A stretch of DNA of 64,000 bases. It comes from Bilabrum cf. latius. Lineage: Eukaryota. Below, piece after piece: positions 25,574 through 38,790 of this stretch. A program made the position numbers and the translations under genes. Location: the NCBI GenBank assembly GCA_965178125.1, contig OZ237752.1:372001-436000 (forward strand). Direction: 5' to 3'. The first letter of the stretch is position 1. Each line of letters opens with the position of its first letter. A model generated the notes under the pieces. It was not told the DNA's origin and ran no database searches. It saw only the letters and a list, made by a program, of their open reading frames with translations.

Positions 25574-27253
25574 TTACGATGTGTCTCCCCGCATCGCTTG
25601 CTGCCCCTCATCGCTCGGATCCTCGGGATCCCCCGTGCTATCCCGCATCGACGCTGCGCATGGCTCTAGCTCTTGCTCTGCACCTGGCCCGGCCTAGCCA
25701 TCCCGACCAGCACCACCTGCAGGCCCAGCACCAGGAGTGCCAGCCGCAACAGACAGGGGTGTGGTCCCGGCCGCCACCGATGACCCGCCTGCCCCCCCAA
25801 CTCCCGGCCTACCTTCTGCCAAAGCAGCTGTGGATCCAACCCGAGGACCCCCCGCTTGTTCCACAGCTGCCGCCGCCCCGCCCATCGCTGCCCCCGATGC
25901 ACCCGCGGTTGCTGGCCCCGGGCCTGCCCCCGGTGCCATAGGCCACGCCTTCCTGTCAGTGCCACCAGCGGCTCGCAGCCTCAGGTGCTCCACGTACCTG
26001 GCGTGCACCTGGGCGTTGCGCTTCGCGGAGATCGCCGTGCCTCCCTCGATGGCCAAACAGGCTGCGTGTCTGCCCATGGCTGCCATGCTTGGATCTCCCA
26101 TCATGAAGGGGTGTGTGGCGATCTTCGCCATGGAAGGCCGCTAGCTTGCATCTTCCCGCACCATGAAAGTGCAAAAATCCTGCGCCGCGGGGGGCAGCCT
26201 CATGTACCCTGGGAGCTCTCTGATCTGCCTGTGGAGCTCCTTCTCTCCCAGCGACTGGCCCTTGCGCGGCATGTTACCGCACAGGAGCCCCACCGCGCAC
26301 ATGCCCAGCGAGTACAGGTCCGCTCGCTCGTCGTACACCTCCCCCCTCACGACCTCGGGGGCGATGTAGTTGTCCTTCCCCGCCCAGCCCCGGATGCCAT
26401 CCGCACCCATAGGCAGCGGGCCACCATCGGGCGCACTCGCCACACCCCTGGGAGGTTGCAACCACCTGTCCACGGCCTGCCCCGGGTCGATGATGACGCC
26501 CTCGCCGTCGTCTGCCAGCACCGAGTTCTCGAGAGACACGTCACGGTGCAGCACGCCCCTCGTGTGGTGGTGGTGCAGCCCCTTCGCCAGGCCATAGAAA
26601 GCCTTGCGAGCGGCTGCCGGATCCATCCCAGCCGCAGCAATATCCAGCAGGTCCCCTGAAGCGTAGAAAGGGGTCACGATGTAATAATAGCGTTCGTCAC
26701 TCGCAGTTGCGACGACGTGGCATACGTTTGGGTGCGGCCTGCGATCATGCAGCAAGACATCAAGTGGGAACGCGGGGGTAGAAGCTACTCGCGGAGTGTG
26801 TCAACCAACGTTATGGCGATATCTGCACTTGCCTTTAAGTGCAGCCGTGCAAGGAGGGTGTGTACGAATAGGCGGCAAAAGGCAAACGCGACCTCACCTC
26901 GGGTATTGCAAGTAATCTTGAGTTTTGACTTCATCTTGCGGATTTTCATCTGTCGGTTTCCCCTTCCTTGTCATGCTTGTTCGAATACATCTCCACATGC
27001 ATCGCTTTATGGCAAACTATTTCCCGCCCACCACTGGATGAAACTCGCGGCGCCCGGAACCCGGATCGACCATTTCTTCTTGCTCTGACGCGTGCCATAT
27101 GTCTCCCATCATTGTATCAAATAATTTCTTCTCTAGCCTAACGTATCCTAGACCTTCTATGTGTAGGAATCGGCCCGAGGTGGTGCATCCTCGCATTCGC
27201 TGGGTCGATACATGGTTGTACAAGCACTTCAAAGAGTCAAATCCTCCTGCCAT
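25574..27253 (-). CDS. Ser/Thr protein kinase (HRDxSLEN type) with an Ala/Gly-rich tail
   Basis: Exons 27253-26898 and 26738-25574, phase-compatible. Motifs FAIK, ENPQDE, HPN, HRDVSLEN, DPG, GKDNYIAPE, RPSMAKIATHPF. Needs readthrough of TAG at 27017, 26141 and 25694. Ends in TAA. Confidence 0.85.
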
Positions 27254-27469
27254 GCGATTTATAGTATTGTAAACACAACTGCTTGCACAGGATACGGGTT
27301 TATGCGCGAGTGTCTAGGAGGGAGTCGTTTCTTTGCCACTACTGAATATTTCATTTATTAGTTTGTACGGTGCTTTTTACATGACAAAGCTAGCGTCGGC
27401 ATCATTCCGGAGATATAGGGTCAATAAGGCTTATTTATAATGTCTTACCTCATGAAAGTTGCCTATAGA

Positions 27470-28350
27470 ATGATGCCACGACGAATAGCTCAGAGGGTAA
27501 GCTCGTATATGTTGCTATAATTGTGAAAATGAAGTGTGCGGTGTCATCCCGGTTCCACATCGTCCCATTCTTTCCTTGCGCAGCTTCGCAATGCGATTGA
27601 GTATCAAGGGGGTGTTATGGATTCGTACTTATTTAGTGCTAGCCCGAAGCAGGACGAATGGGGCGTGGAAGGGCGCTTCAAGTACGGCTACCGCCAGCCT
27701 GCGCCCGGGTGAGCCGATCAGCTTCGGATAGCCTCAGATTCGCGCGCCCTCGTGCTTTGTAATTAGGTATTTCGCTTCTCTGCTAGTTAAATGTCTCCTT
27801 TTGCTGGTCTCGCAGGGATGAACCTGACCATCGCCGAACTAGCGTGCCAGAGCGGCTGGACAGCACCATTTATGACACAAAGTATTACTCACGAGACTAC
27901 CGGGCAAAGTCCAAGTTGGTTCACATCTCTGCAGATGAGGCTTTGAAATTGAAGGCAACCAAGGAGACTTCGGACCGCCTGGCCTTCTTGGAGGGAGACA
28001 AGGATTTGCCGAGCCACCCGCTTGTGGTGGAGCGCGAGAAGCAGGGCCGCATCGAGGAGCACTCGAGCAAGGGCATGAAGATTGCTGACGTGGAGCGGTA
28101 CGACAAGACCGGCCTCCGAGTCTTCAAGACGGCCACTTGGGACGCCTACAAGAAGGCGCTTGCGGACGACATGCCCGACCACCTCCCGGCATCCTGGTTC
28201 ATGCGGCACAGCGGGGACGGGCCCGTGCAAGGCGACGACCGAGCCAACAAGGACCTGGACACGCTCATCATGGAGGGCAGGGCGCTCCCCACGAACCCCT
28301 TCAACACGCAAAGGAGGAGGACCAAGTGGCACTACACGGGGCGCGTGTGA
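27470..28350 (+). CDS. Probable mitochondrial complex I accessory subunit, NDUFA7/B14.5a-like
   Basis: Exons 27470-27496, 27584-27708, 27816-28350 (TGA). The YRQPAPG...VP...IYDTKYYSRDYR motif resembles B14.5a homologues as I recall them; no search was run. Confidence 0.5.
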
Positions 28351-28583
28351 GCGGGCAGGCCTCGGGCTAGCGAGGGCTGTGGTGGTGGGGGGACGATGGG
28401 CCTTTGTATGGCGACATGAATCATTTCAGTTTTGAGGAAAATGTGTCGTGTGTTGCCAGACAATCTCGCGATTCCCGTCAAAAACTAAACCGGAGCAGTA
28501 ATCGAAACCACACGTTACCAATAATCAGCAAGGCGAATGATACAGTTCGCCGCGTGTAGGTGCTTATATTGCGTTTAAGAATC

Positions 28584-29712
28584 ATGGCGGCTGTAGGTGA
28601 ATCCAAGTACAAGATAGTCTTGCTTGGGGAGGGTGAGTGGTACGTTTGGTCCGCAGCTGCGGCTTGTCTCACTGCAAGGCTTGTCATGGCAGAAGAGGTC
28701 CAAGAGCAAGAGCAGATGCCGGAAGCCTCTGCGTTAGCTCTCGTACCGTTCGATAAAACAGTTGCTCTGGACCAGCGTTATGCGGACCATGGAGCGTCGC
28801 TTTGCTGCCGATCCAAGCAGTTGCACAAGGAAGGTTCCGACGAAATGCGCTCCGCTTTTGTTCGCAGGGGCTGTTGGGAAAACTTCTATTTTGCTGAAGT
28901 ATTGCCATGATATGTTTGATGAACACCGGCAGCCTTCAATGGATGCCTCATACATGGAAAAGCGAATCGTTGTCAACGGAGCTCCTGTCTCGTTGAGTAT
29001 TTGGGACACGGCAGGTAAGTTGATTGCATCCAGTTGTAAATGCGCTGATGGCAGAGTTTTCTCCCATGCCTTAACTGTTAAATTCTGAGCTTCCTTGCTG
29101 GTCCTCGCAGGCTAGGAGCGTTTCCACGCGCTGGCACCGCTGTATTACAGAGACGCAGACGGGGCAGTGCTAGTATACGATATCACTGACTACAGATCTT
29201 TCGAAAAAGCTCAGCACTGGGTGCGAGAATTGCAGCGTATGGCACCAGAGGGTATTAAAATCACGCTTGCGGGCAACAAATGCGACAGGGAGAAATCCCG
29301 AGCGGTGAGCAGGGAGGAGGCGAGCAAGTTCGCGCGAGGGTGCGGAGCAGAGGTGAGCTACACCAGCGCGAAAACTGGCGAAGGCATCGAAGCCTGTTTC
29401 TCTGGATTGGCACAGCGGCTTATGGCGGCAGCGCCTGGCAGGGGGGCGGGCGCGGCGGGCGGCGATGTGATGGGCAGCGGCGGAGGCGGTAGGCGCGGGC
29501 GGCGAGGACGGGGCAGCAGGCGAAGCCTAGGCGGCGGGCTCGGTGGCGCGTCTCCAGGGGGTGCAGGGGGCGGTGCTGGCGCTGGGGCTGGGGCGGGCGC
29601 GGGTGGCAGTGGTCGCCGTGGACGGGGAGCAAGGGGGCCCGGACGGATTGTGGTTGTTGACGACGATGGGCCAGTGGCGCATGCTCCCGGCGGGTCTGGA
29701 TGCTGCGGCTGA
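28584..29712 (+). CDS. RAB21: Rab GTPase, Rab21-like
   Basis: Exons 28584-28632, 28868-29014, 29111-29712. KIVLLGEGAVGKTS, WDTAG[TAG]ERFHALAPLYYRDA, GNKCD, TSAKTG and a C-terminal GCCG prenylation motif. Confidence 0.9.
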
Positions 29713-29880
29713 GAGCAGATTGACTCGAATGAGGCATTAGATGAAAGCAACGTTTGATTATGGCTTGTGACTTTGTGTTCAATGGTCAGTCGATGGTCAG
29801 CGAATCGCTTGCAGATGAAGAGTTCGACCGGTTGCAAAAATGGAGAACTGCAACCAAATGAGGCCCCATGCATCAGTTGT

Positions 29881-32510
29881 TCAGCCGTCGATCCCAAGCG
29901 CTTCCCCAGCAGGCTGTACGGCAGCCCAGCCTGCTCGGAGCCGCAGTTGCTGCTCCTGATGCTCTCTCTCCACCGCAGCCACGGCTGCCTCGCACGCAGC
30001 ACGAACTGCGAGCACCTTTCTTGCGTGGTGCTCGAGCATCTCCCTCTCTTTGGACAGCACGACCCTCTGCCTAGCAAGGGCGACTCGTGCTGCATCTAAT
30101 GCGCGGATCCGGGCGGCAGCATTCTCAATATCAAACGGGTCTTGACCACCCGCGGTCGGGCCATCTCCACTGCCGTTGCCCAAAGTCAACGCAGCTGGTA
30201 CGTGGTCAGCATCCAGGGCGCCAGCAGATTGTTCAGCACCGGGACCGCTACAGGAAGCATTAACCGGCATGACTGCCGTAGCAGGTCCGGCAGCGCGCGC
30301 CATCTCAGCCCGTATTGGTGGCGACTGCAGAAGCGCTCGGCAGATCGCCGACTGGAGCACTCGGCACGGACAGCCCGTGCTTTCACGGCTCCGAGCAGCA
30401 GGTGCGCTTGATTCGCCCCCACCAGGTTGTGCTGCACTCCCTGCCTCCAACGAAGCGCCCGACCGCCTGGCCTGGCACAGGTCGATCAGGCGAGCCATGG
30501 TTCCCAGCGCTTGCTCTGTGGTGAGGCGAGGCAGGAGCAGGTCGACAAGACCGTCGCTCCTGTTCTGCCTGTCGGCCGCGAGCAGCTCTTCGACACACTC
30601 GTCATGTCCTCCCATCACTGCGGCATGAACCGGAGTGATGGATTGCTGCCTCTGAGCGCCGGCGGGACGAGGCGCCCCAGGTGGAACCACGGCCGGCATG
30701 GTTAGCCCACCTGCTAGCCGGCCGAGCCTCAGCCGCTTGGCCAGCTCCATTGGACGCCCTTCACTGGCTGCCTGGAATACCATGCGTGCATCCCTGTGCG
30801 CCACTGCTGCGGTTCTGAAGCGGACCAGCACTTTCTGAAGCGGTCTCAGCGCTGCAGTGAACCGAGGCGCATCGAGGGCGGCTCGCATCTGTCTTGTTTG
30901 CTCCTCGTCGCTGCCCCACAGCAGGTTTTCTATGACGATATCGACGTTCTTCGCTCGCAAGCCCTCCCGTAGAGCTTCCTTGACAACGGTGTCGCGGCAC
31001 AGCTCGATGAGACCTTTCACCTGCGGCAAATGTGGTGGCCAACGCAAGCGCAAGATGGTCGTCGCCGGCAGTGCCGGCAGTGTGAGGGCACCGGTCACAG
31101 CGTGAGCCGTCGCGCGATCGAAAGGATCCATGCAGCCTCAGCACTTGTTCTCAAATGCAGCGTGATCGCGTTCATGAAAGCTGCTCCTCACGTTGACTTT
31201 CACATCCCACGGATCGGCGGTTGCTTTAAGGAGCATGGCAACCACCGGATAGTAGCAAGGCATGCTGGGCGTCCTTGCCCCAGGAGGGAGGCAATTCTAA
31301 ACCGCTAGCTACAGAGCAGTCCCAGCCAGGAACGGCTGCGACCAAGCATTGAGAAATAGGACTACAGTGTGGAGAGTTCTTGAGCGCATCTCGCGAAAGC
31401 CCCAGACACACCTTGTACCTCGTCCCAGTTTTAACGTACGCAATTCATGAGCAAAACTCCTGTAATCGCTTTCAGATGCGCCAGATAATAGTCCAACTCC
31501 ACTTCCACAAAGCCAATGCAGGCGCCTAGCTACTATCACAACGTAGGCTGGAGTAGCCTAACTGAAGCAAGTGGCTCAGATTCCTCACCTCCCGCATCTG
31601 CACGTCCGCCCCTGCCCCGATGAGCACCCTGCATACACCTGCGCGCCCGTATTTTGCAGCTGCCATGAGCGGTGTGAAGTGCGACGAGGGGCCCCACTGC
31701 GATCGGGCCGACTCGGAACATGGTTGGTTGCAAAAGGGAATTCAAACGATGGTTGCCGGGGCGACAAGTGGGCGCCTCTGGCTTGAGCGCTGCTTGTAAG
31801 AACGCCAGTCTTCCACACAAGCATGGTGACAGACTGTCGTTGACGCACTGCTGTGCTCACGTGGTTTACGTCTGCTCCGCACTCCACCAGCATCCACTCG
31901 CACACGTCTGTGTGCCCGGCCTCCGCCGCGTGTGTCAAGGGCGTATACCCGGTCTGAGAGAATTGTTGTGTAAGGGCCATATGCACCGCATCGTTCATTC
32001 AAAGATCGTTAAGCGGTTGTGGTGCGCAGTGGGGTTGTGCGCGAGCCGTTCTCGAACGGATGTCACTTACCTAATCAGCCGCGTGTGGGTCCCCTCCTCT
32101 ATCGACTAGGTACTTGCATATATCTAAATGCCCAGTTGCGGCAGCGACGTGCAGCATGGTTCCCTCTTTCTGCGATACAGAACCTTCCGGCGCACGATGC
32201 TCGTCATGTCAACAAAAACATACTTCCAAGCCAACTAGTGCATGGGCGAGCTTTCTCACCAAATTTATTCTAGGACCATTTAAGTACAGTTCTATCGAAG
32301 CAGCCTGACAAACTAGATCTTTTCCATTGTGAAGATTTGACTCTAGCGCTGTGCGCACGGATGCCAGGTCCCCTGTGCCAACCGCTACAAGCAGCTATTC
32401 AAGGCTGCATTGACCAAAAAAGTAGTAACACCAGATACAGAATAGCAACACAATGCACCGGAAATCCAAATGGTGCCCAATTCAGAAGCAAATTCGTACT
32501 TTGAGTTCAT
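29881..32510 (-). CDS. Ankyrin-repeat protein (about 5 repeats, one per exon) with the shared EGRPxELAKRLRLG module and a coiled-coil-like tail
   Basis: Exons 32510-32500, 32404-32260, 32169-32071, 31953-31861, 31696-31589, 31335-31192, 31020-29881 (TGA). Motifs TMLHVAAATGH, YTPLTHAAEAGH, FTPLMAAAKYG. Four in-frame TAGs. Confidence 0.8.
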
Positions 32511-32737
32511 GATCGAGAATAATAGCGCTGGAAATGGCCGGCTGCAAGGCCTTCAACGACACCGAGAACGAAGAATGACAGCTAGTGTACTGCTTAGAGC
32601 AGTGTATCTCAGACAGTCTTAGTTTAGCCCTGCTTTCCGCGCAATTTGCTCAACTGTAGTAGCTCCGGATCCCACCTTTGCATTTGCGTGAGTTGTTGTA
32701 ATGATTGCACAATACAGAGACTCAACCAACCGTGGAT

Positions 32738-35700
32738 ATGCCAATGATAAGTCTGCTTATCGGCTTTGCTAGCCTCTCTGCAGCTATGAACTCAGCCAGC
32801 CATGTTCCGGAGTCCGCGGACCGGCAGCAAGCCAGACTGAAGCAGTACAACGATCTTGTGTTCAAACTGGGATACTCCCCCACCCCAGCGCCAAACAACC
32901 CCGACCTTGACTGTCGGCTTCGACGAGTCGCTTTTGATTACAGCCTCGAGATCATGCCAAGCCGCGCACCTTTGTCGACTGTTTGGGAAGCACTAGTGAG
33001 AGCAGCAGCCATCCAGCATGCGACGCGCCTGGCTTGCCTCCTGCAGAATCACATCCAGCAAAGCTCAATTATAGTACTGAAACCTTTTCATTTGCACACC
33101 TCGGATCTCGCAGGAGCTAACTACACGTTGCAACCAGACGAGGCCTACACAGTTCGGTCCCATTCGCGAAGGCAAGACGGCTCTCACCGCATCGAGTGCG
33201 AGCCAGCAGCAGGGTAACGCAGTGCCAACGTATTACGTGGACCCAGTGCACGGATCCGACACGGGAAGTGGCTCGGAATCTTCCCCCTTCAAGACGATCG
33301 CCCGCGCGGTGTCGGCCACTCGATCAGTACCGACCGAGCATCGCACTATTGTCCTTCGGAGCGGGCTTCATGTCTTGCAGTAGACTATCCAGCTGACCGA
33401 TATCGATTCCGGTCTTACCATGGAGGCCTATCAGGGCGAGGAGCCCGTGGTCAGCGGTGCCATGCCCCTGAACGACCTCACGTGGGAGCCTTTCAACGTC
33501 ACCAAAAACGGCAGCTCGAGCATGGATATCATCATGGACTCCAACGACATATCCGGACAGATCTCCAAGCCGAAGGAGAACACCAGCAACATCCACTATC
33601 TGGGCCAGTTCGACAGCTACGAGCCGTGCGCCGGCTTGTGCGAGGGCTGGAAGGAATGCACCGGCTTCACGTGGCAGGGCGAGTCGGGCGACGAGTGGGC
33701 CCACGGATGCTACGGCCGCACGGACGGGAAGTGGTCACCTGTGCACCAAAACAAGATCGTGTCGGGGTACAAGACCACCCCGCCGAACGTTTGGAGGGCC
33801 AAGATCTCACCCTACCAGAGCGCCTTCCTGTCGCCGCAGACCTACGGAGTGCTGCACGGAGAGCCAGCACGCGGTTCCAGCGCAGACGGCAGCGGTCTTG
33901 AATGGAGCAGGACCATCCGAGCGAGATGGCCCAACGTGCGCAATCCCGAAACCGACTTCTTCCCGGCCGGCTGGGCCTCTGGGAAGATCACGTGGGGCCC
34001 AATCCGTAGCGACTACACCTCGTACGACCCCGTGTTTGTGCAGTCGCCGAACGACACGACGGCAGGCATGTTCAAAAACTTCCAGGGCGCGTTCGGGGGA
34101 CACTGCCACATCTTCAAGCCGAACTTTTCGTACTGGTGCGGCGAGCACACTCAGGGAGGGGGCGGCGTCCCGTTCGTGCAGCCGTGGGGCGTCACGTGGG
34201 ACCCCAAGGACGACGTGTTCCCCGAGGCGCTCAACAAGGCGGATCTGCAGGACAGGCTGGGCTTCCACACGTGGAGGGAGGCCCACTGGGCCACCTGGTC
34301 TTTCATCATCGACGACGCGGACTTCGAGAAAGGCCGCATGAACTGGACCGTGGGCGGCTTCCAAGGGGCCAGGGGTGCCAAGAAAGGTGCCGAATACTGG
34401 ATCGACAACGCCCTGGTGCTGCTGGACAACCCCAACGAGTTCTTCATTGATTTTCCCTCGGGCGTCCCCTCCGATGGTGCGTACCTGTACTACTTCCCCA
34501 ACAACACCGAGTCCAAGCCACCGTCAGCCGACGAGGTGTTTGCACCAACCGTGCTCGACTCTCTCTTCACCATCACCGGCAGCTCCCAAGCCTCGGCCGC
34601 TCGTGACGTGGCATTCCGCGGAATCAAATTCATTGGTGCGGCTGCCACTTTTATGGAAGACCACATCGTGCCGTCTGGCGGGGACTGGAGCCTGGAGCTC
34701 ATCGGGGCGCTGCTTGCCCAGAACACGGAGGGGCTGACCGTCGATGGGTGCCTGTTCGAGCGCTGCGACGGGAACGCCGTATTCCTGAACGGGTACAACA
34801 AGGACTCGTTCATCACCAACAACGAGTTCGCATGGATCGGCAGCACTGCCATCGCACTTAACGGACAGGCCCGGGACGATCTCATGGACCTGACAGAAGG
34901 CAACCAGCCCACGAACGTGTACATCGCCCAGAATCTGATTCGGGAGATTGGGGTGGGACCGCCCAAGCAGGAGTCGTGCGTGTTTGACAGCAAGACCTCC
35001 AACACGTGAGTGACTCGGCGGGGTCTGTTGAGCAGCAATGCTGCGTATGCTCCGCTCGCGCCCGATGCGCCCTCCACTCCTGTCGCAACTAGCTTGCTGT
35101 CTGCTCATTGAATGATCGCTCACATCCTCGTAGGACCTTTGTGGAGAACCTCTGCTTCAACGGGCCCCGCGCTGGGTACAATGCCAACGACAAGGGCGGA
35201 ACGTTTGGCGCCAAGATCAAGCGCAACTTCCTGGGCAACCTGTGCAGGGAGTCCTCCGATCATGCGGGTGAGAGATTGGCGCGTGTCTGTTGCCATTCCT
35301 CAAGATACAAGCACCGTGCTTCGACCGGATAGCTGACTACTGGCAGCATGGTGCGGCGTATCATGCCCTGTTCGTTTCATTCCCAGCCCATTCCTCTCGC
35401 AGTGTTCAACTCGTGGTCCCGCCAAGTGTACCTGTTCAAGGACCAGGACGGGGTGGGCTCCACGGTGATTCCCACGCCCACCGAGCTGTCTGAAAACTTT
35501 TACATGGGCAACTACGGGGCCTCCATGAGCGTGGACAACGACGACGGAAGCGCCTGGTACGACATCCACGATTCGGTTTCGTACGGTGGAGGGTGAGTGC
35601 ATGAGAGGGTCGGGACGTTCACACCGTTGCAGTCAGTGGAATTGCCTTATCATCCTATTGTAGCATCTGTAGGCCCCAAGTCGCTGCGGTGTCAGCAGGC

Positions 35701-36258
35701 GGTGATGCATGTGTGATCCGTTCGTGATGCATTTCTGATGCGAGGCCGTGCACTGGGTGCGGCCTGCCTGACGCAAGGCCGCTTTTGTCAGCTTCCTCGA
35801 GTTCGGCATGCCACGATCCCTTCCCATTGTCCCATTCCTCGCGCTGCAGCCACAAGAGCAATTTCGGCGGCCACAACAAGGCGACGCACGACGAGCTGCA
35901 GATCTACGCGCGAGTGTACCAGCCCGCCTGCTTCCGGATCTCGTCGACGAGCGGGCCCGCACACCCCGAGGGCTACTTCAACAACACGTGCATCATCGAT
36001 CCTACTGCCAGCGGGACTGCAGTTTACAACCTGAGGACGAGTATTGATGGGTCGAACGCAACGAACAACGACTTTCGTACGTTTGGGAACACAATCTACG
36101 CGCCCGGTGGCGAGGGCGCACCGGTCAGCCTCGATGGCAAGGCTTCCACGTTCGGGGACTGGCTCAAGATGGGCCTGGATGCAGGCAGCACAATATCGGG
36201 GAAGACGCCATCTAATGACGAGATCGAGGCGATGGCGCGAGCGAAGCTGGGCTTGTGA
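32738..36258 (+). CDS. Secreted right-handed beta-helix protein (pectin-lyase fold, GH141-like) with an inserted PAN/apple-like Cys module
   Basis: Signal peptide MPMISLLIGFASLSAA; YYVDPVHGSD...PFKTIARA...EAYQGEEPVVSG; C..LC....EC..FTW; beta-helix repeats. Introns at ~32996-33113, 35006-35133, ~35268-35402 and ~35593-35849. One TAG at 33381. Ends in TGA. Confidence 0.7.
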
Positions 36259-36396
36259 CGGATGCTAGAACGGCATTTGCTTCTTGACCGACGGATGATG
36301 CAAGACTACCTATGCATCCGTGCTGGATCTTCTTGGTTTGCATTTGCTTCTCACTCTCAGATGGCCCAGAACGATAAAAATTACTATTATTTTAAC

Positions 36397-38790
36397 ATGG
36401 CTGCTGTACTGCAATCCCTTGATTTGTAGAAGCATGTGTTTGATTTTAAGTCCGATGAAAGCCTGCAATCAAATGTGGACAAGATGCGATGGGCGCTTGC
36501 TGCATTCTCGAACGATTGTGCGATTCTGCTGTCGGATGGCAGCCCAGAACCGCTGCTACGCTCCTGTATGGATGGAGTCACTTGCAACAGTAAAGTAGTG
36601 TGTGACATACCTGGGTTTGCTGCTCGCGAATCGGCGGGATTTTGGTCAAGCTTGAAGGCGGCTCGCCCCATGCACTTGACTTTGCGATTCGGGGTGGCGT
36701 CGATCGAAGAGGCAGAACTTTTTCGAAGCCGGTGCCGTGACTGTTTTGAACAGCTGGATCAATGCCGCAGTATCAGCATCACATTCGATGCTGGCGGTCG
36801 CACGGATCCTGCGGTTGTGAAAGCCGCGGTGTCGGCTTCCAGCTGTTTGCTGGGACTAACGAGCCTAACTCTTGAATTCGTGAAACTCAACCACTCGCAG
36901 TGGCTTGATATGATCCCGATCCTGGCGGACATGCGCCGCTTGGAGGTGCTGAATCTTCACCACTGGCATGCCCCCCAGCGAGGTGCTCAAGGAGGCTCCC
37001 CAAGGACCACGGCTGCGCTGCTGGACGGCTGCCAGGGTTTGCAAGCGTTGAATACTGGTCTTTGGGGCTTAAAAGAGAGTGCAGCGTGTTTGTGGGAGGC
37101 CATTGGGCGGCATCCCAAGCTGCAAAAGATCTCAGCACCAGCGCACTCCGGTGATGACATTGCCGAGGGCGAGGCCGCTTTGAGAATGGCTCTGCAGCAG
37201 TCGGTAGGCTTGAAGCACCTCACAATCACAGGCACGCCCACTGATCACAGTGAACGCGTGACCCGTGCTTTGGTGGAGGGTGCGTTGTCAAACTCCCGCT
37301 GCGGGCTGCGGTCGCTTCAAGGCTCGTGTGGAGGCGGTGTGCAGCTGGCGCGCCTGGTGTCTCATTTGCCCAGTCTTCGCACATTGCAGCCTGGAGCATG
37401 CGTATCTGAACCGCTTGCCATCCTTGAGGCCTTGCAATCGAAACAAAACGGGATTGAATCCCTCGACCTTGGCTCGAGCGGGGGGGCGTCAGCAGTTGAC
37501 GCGTGGAGCGCCGCGTTGGCGTCGCCGCACTGCAGACTCAAGGTGCTGCGCGCAGAGTCGTCCACGTGGTCAGGACCGTGCGATCCCATCTGCGTGGGAC
37601 TGGGCAGAAGCTGTACGCTTGAAGACCTTAGGCTTGACTACACAGAGCTAAGGGCCGCCGACAGCCTCGTCCTTGAGTCCTCGTTGGCCAATCACCCCAC
37701 ACTGCGGAAACTGTCCCTCCGGCAGGTTTTCATGGAGGAGCATGGTTGGGCGGTGCCCATCGCGCGTGCTTTAGCTTCCAATGATGTGCTAGAGCACTTG
37801 GATTTGGAGGAAAATTAGTTGTCGAGCGGAGATGCAGTCGCATTAGCCGGCGCCATAAGGTCCAACCGCTCGCTCAAGGTGTTGCATCTACCCAGCGCAC
37901 TGGACGCTGACATTGAAGTAATTGCTCCTGCAATCGGAGACAATAGGGGCCTAGCGTGTGTAGTTGGTGATGGATTGGCCGATATGCCCGATGAGATGGC
38001 CAAAAACATCACGCTTCGGAAGATATACAGCTATACTTTCGACGCCTCAAATGAACCTGGAGTTGTGTGGGAAGAAGTATCTCAGGCGGCACCTGGACTC
38101 CTGCTCGTTGATACAGGGTATGATTTTGTTCATGCGCGGCTTCATTAGTCCAGAACAGCCATTGTACACGAATGGCTCAAGCCAGTGGACAAGCAGCCGA
38201 GCGCAGATCGGGCTGCATGCATGCTCCGTATGCTATTTGGGCCATTCCACCACGAGCTGGACGCCGGTCAGGTGACTGCTTACGCATGCCGGGCCATGGA
38301 CAGTGCGGTAGAGCTGAACGAGCCCAGGGAGTGCATATTAGTGGCGCAGGCCGCCGTGGATGTGGCGCAGCACCCGTGGACGCGCCGTGACGACTTGCTG
38401 CGATCGGTGCTGGGAGACGCCCTGGCGTCCGTGTGTCGACGCAAACGTGGATGCGCGGGGTGGCGCGGGGTGACCCGCCGGTGCGTGGACATGGGTCGGA
38501 TCGTGAGCGAGCACCGTGTGCGTCGGCTGGTGCAATGGCGGCAGGGTGAGGTGGCGCACCGCAATGCCAGCATGGTGTTCAAGGCGGCATCGGAGGGTCG
38601 TCCTCTGGAGCTGAGGAAGCTGCTGCGGCTGGGGCACTTGGCGGGCGGAGCAATGACTCGTGGAGCATTGGTCTGTGACGGATCTGGAGTTGGGAAGGAG
38701 GTGAGCGCCATGGAGGCGGCCGAGATGGGGGGACACGAAGAGTGCGTGTTGGCACTTCGAGATTTTATATCAGACTGCGGCGGCAATTGA
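36397..38790 (+). CDS. RNI-like leucine-rich-repeat protein (797 aa) ending in the shared C-terminal module
   Basis: A single intronless frame from ATG 36397 to TGA 38790 when TAG at 36427, 37816 and 38146 is read through. LxxLxL repeats, for example LEHLDLEEN[TAG]LS. Confidence 0.8.

Noticed and set aside
29113-29115. Pyrrolysine or programmed leaky readthrough
   Set aside because: The context is eukaryotic, TAG occupies conserved Gln sites, and up to 20 occur per gene with no common downstream context.
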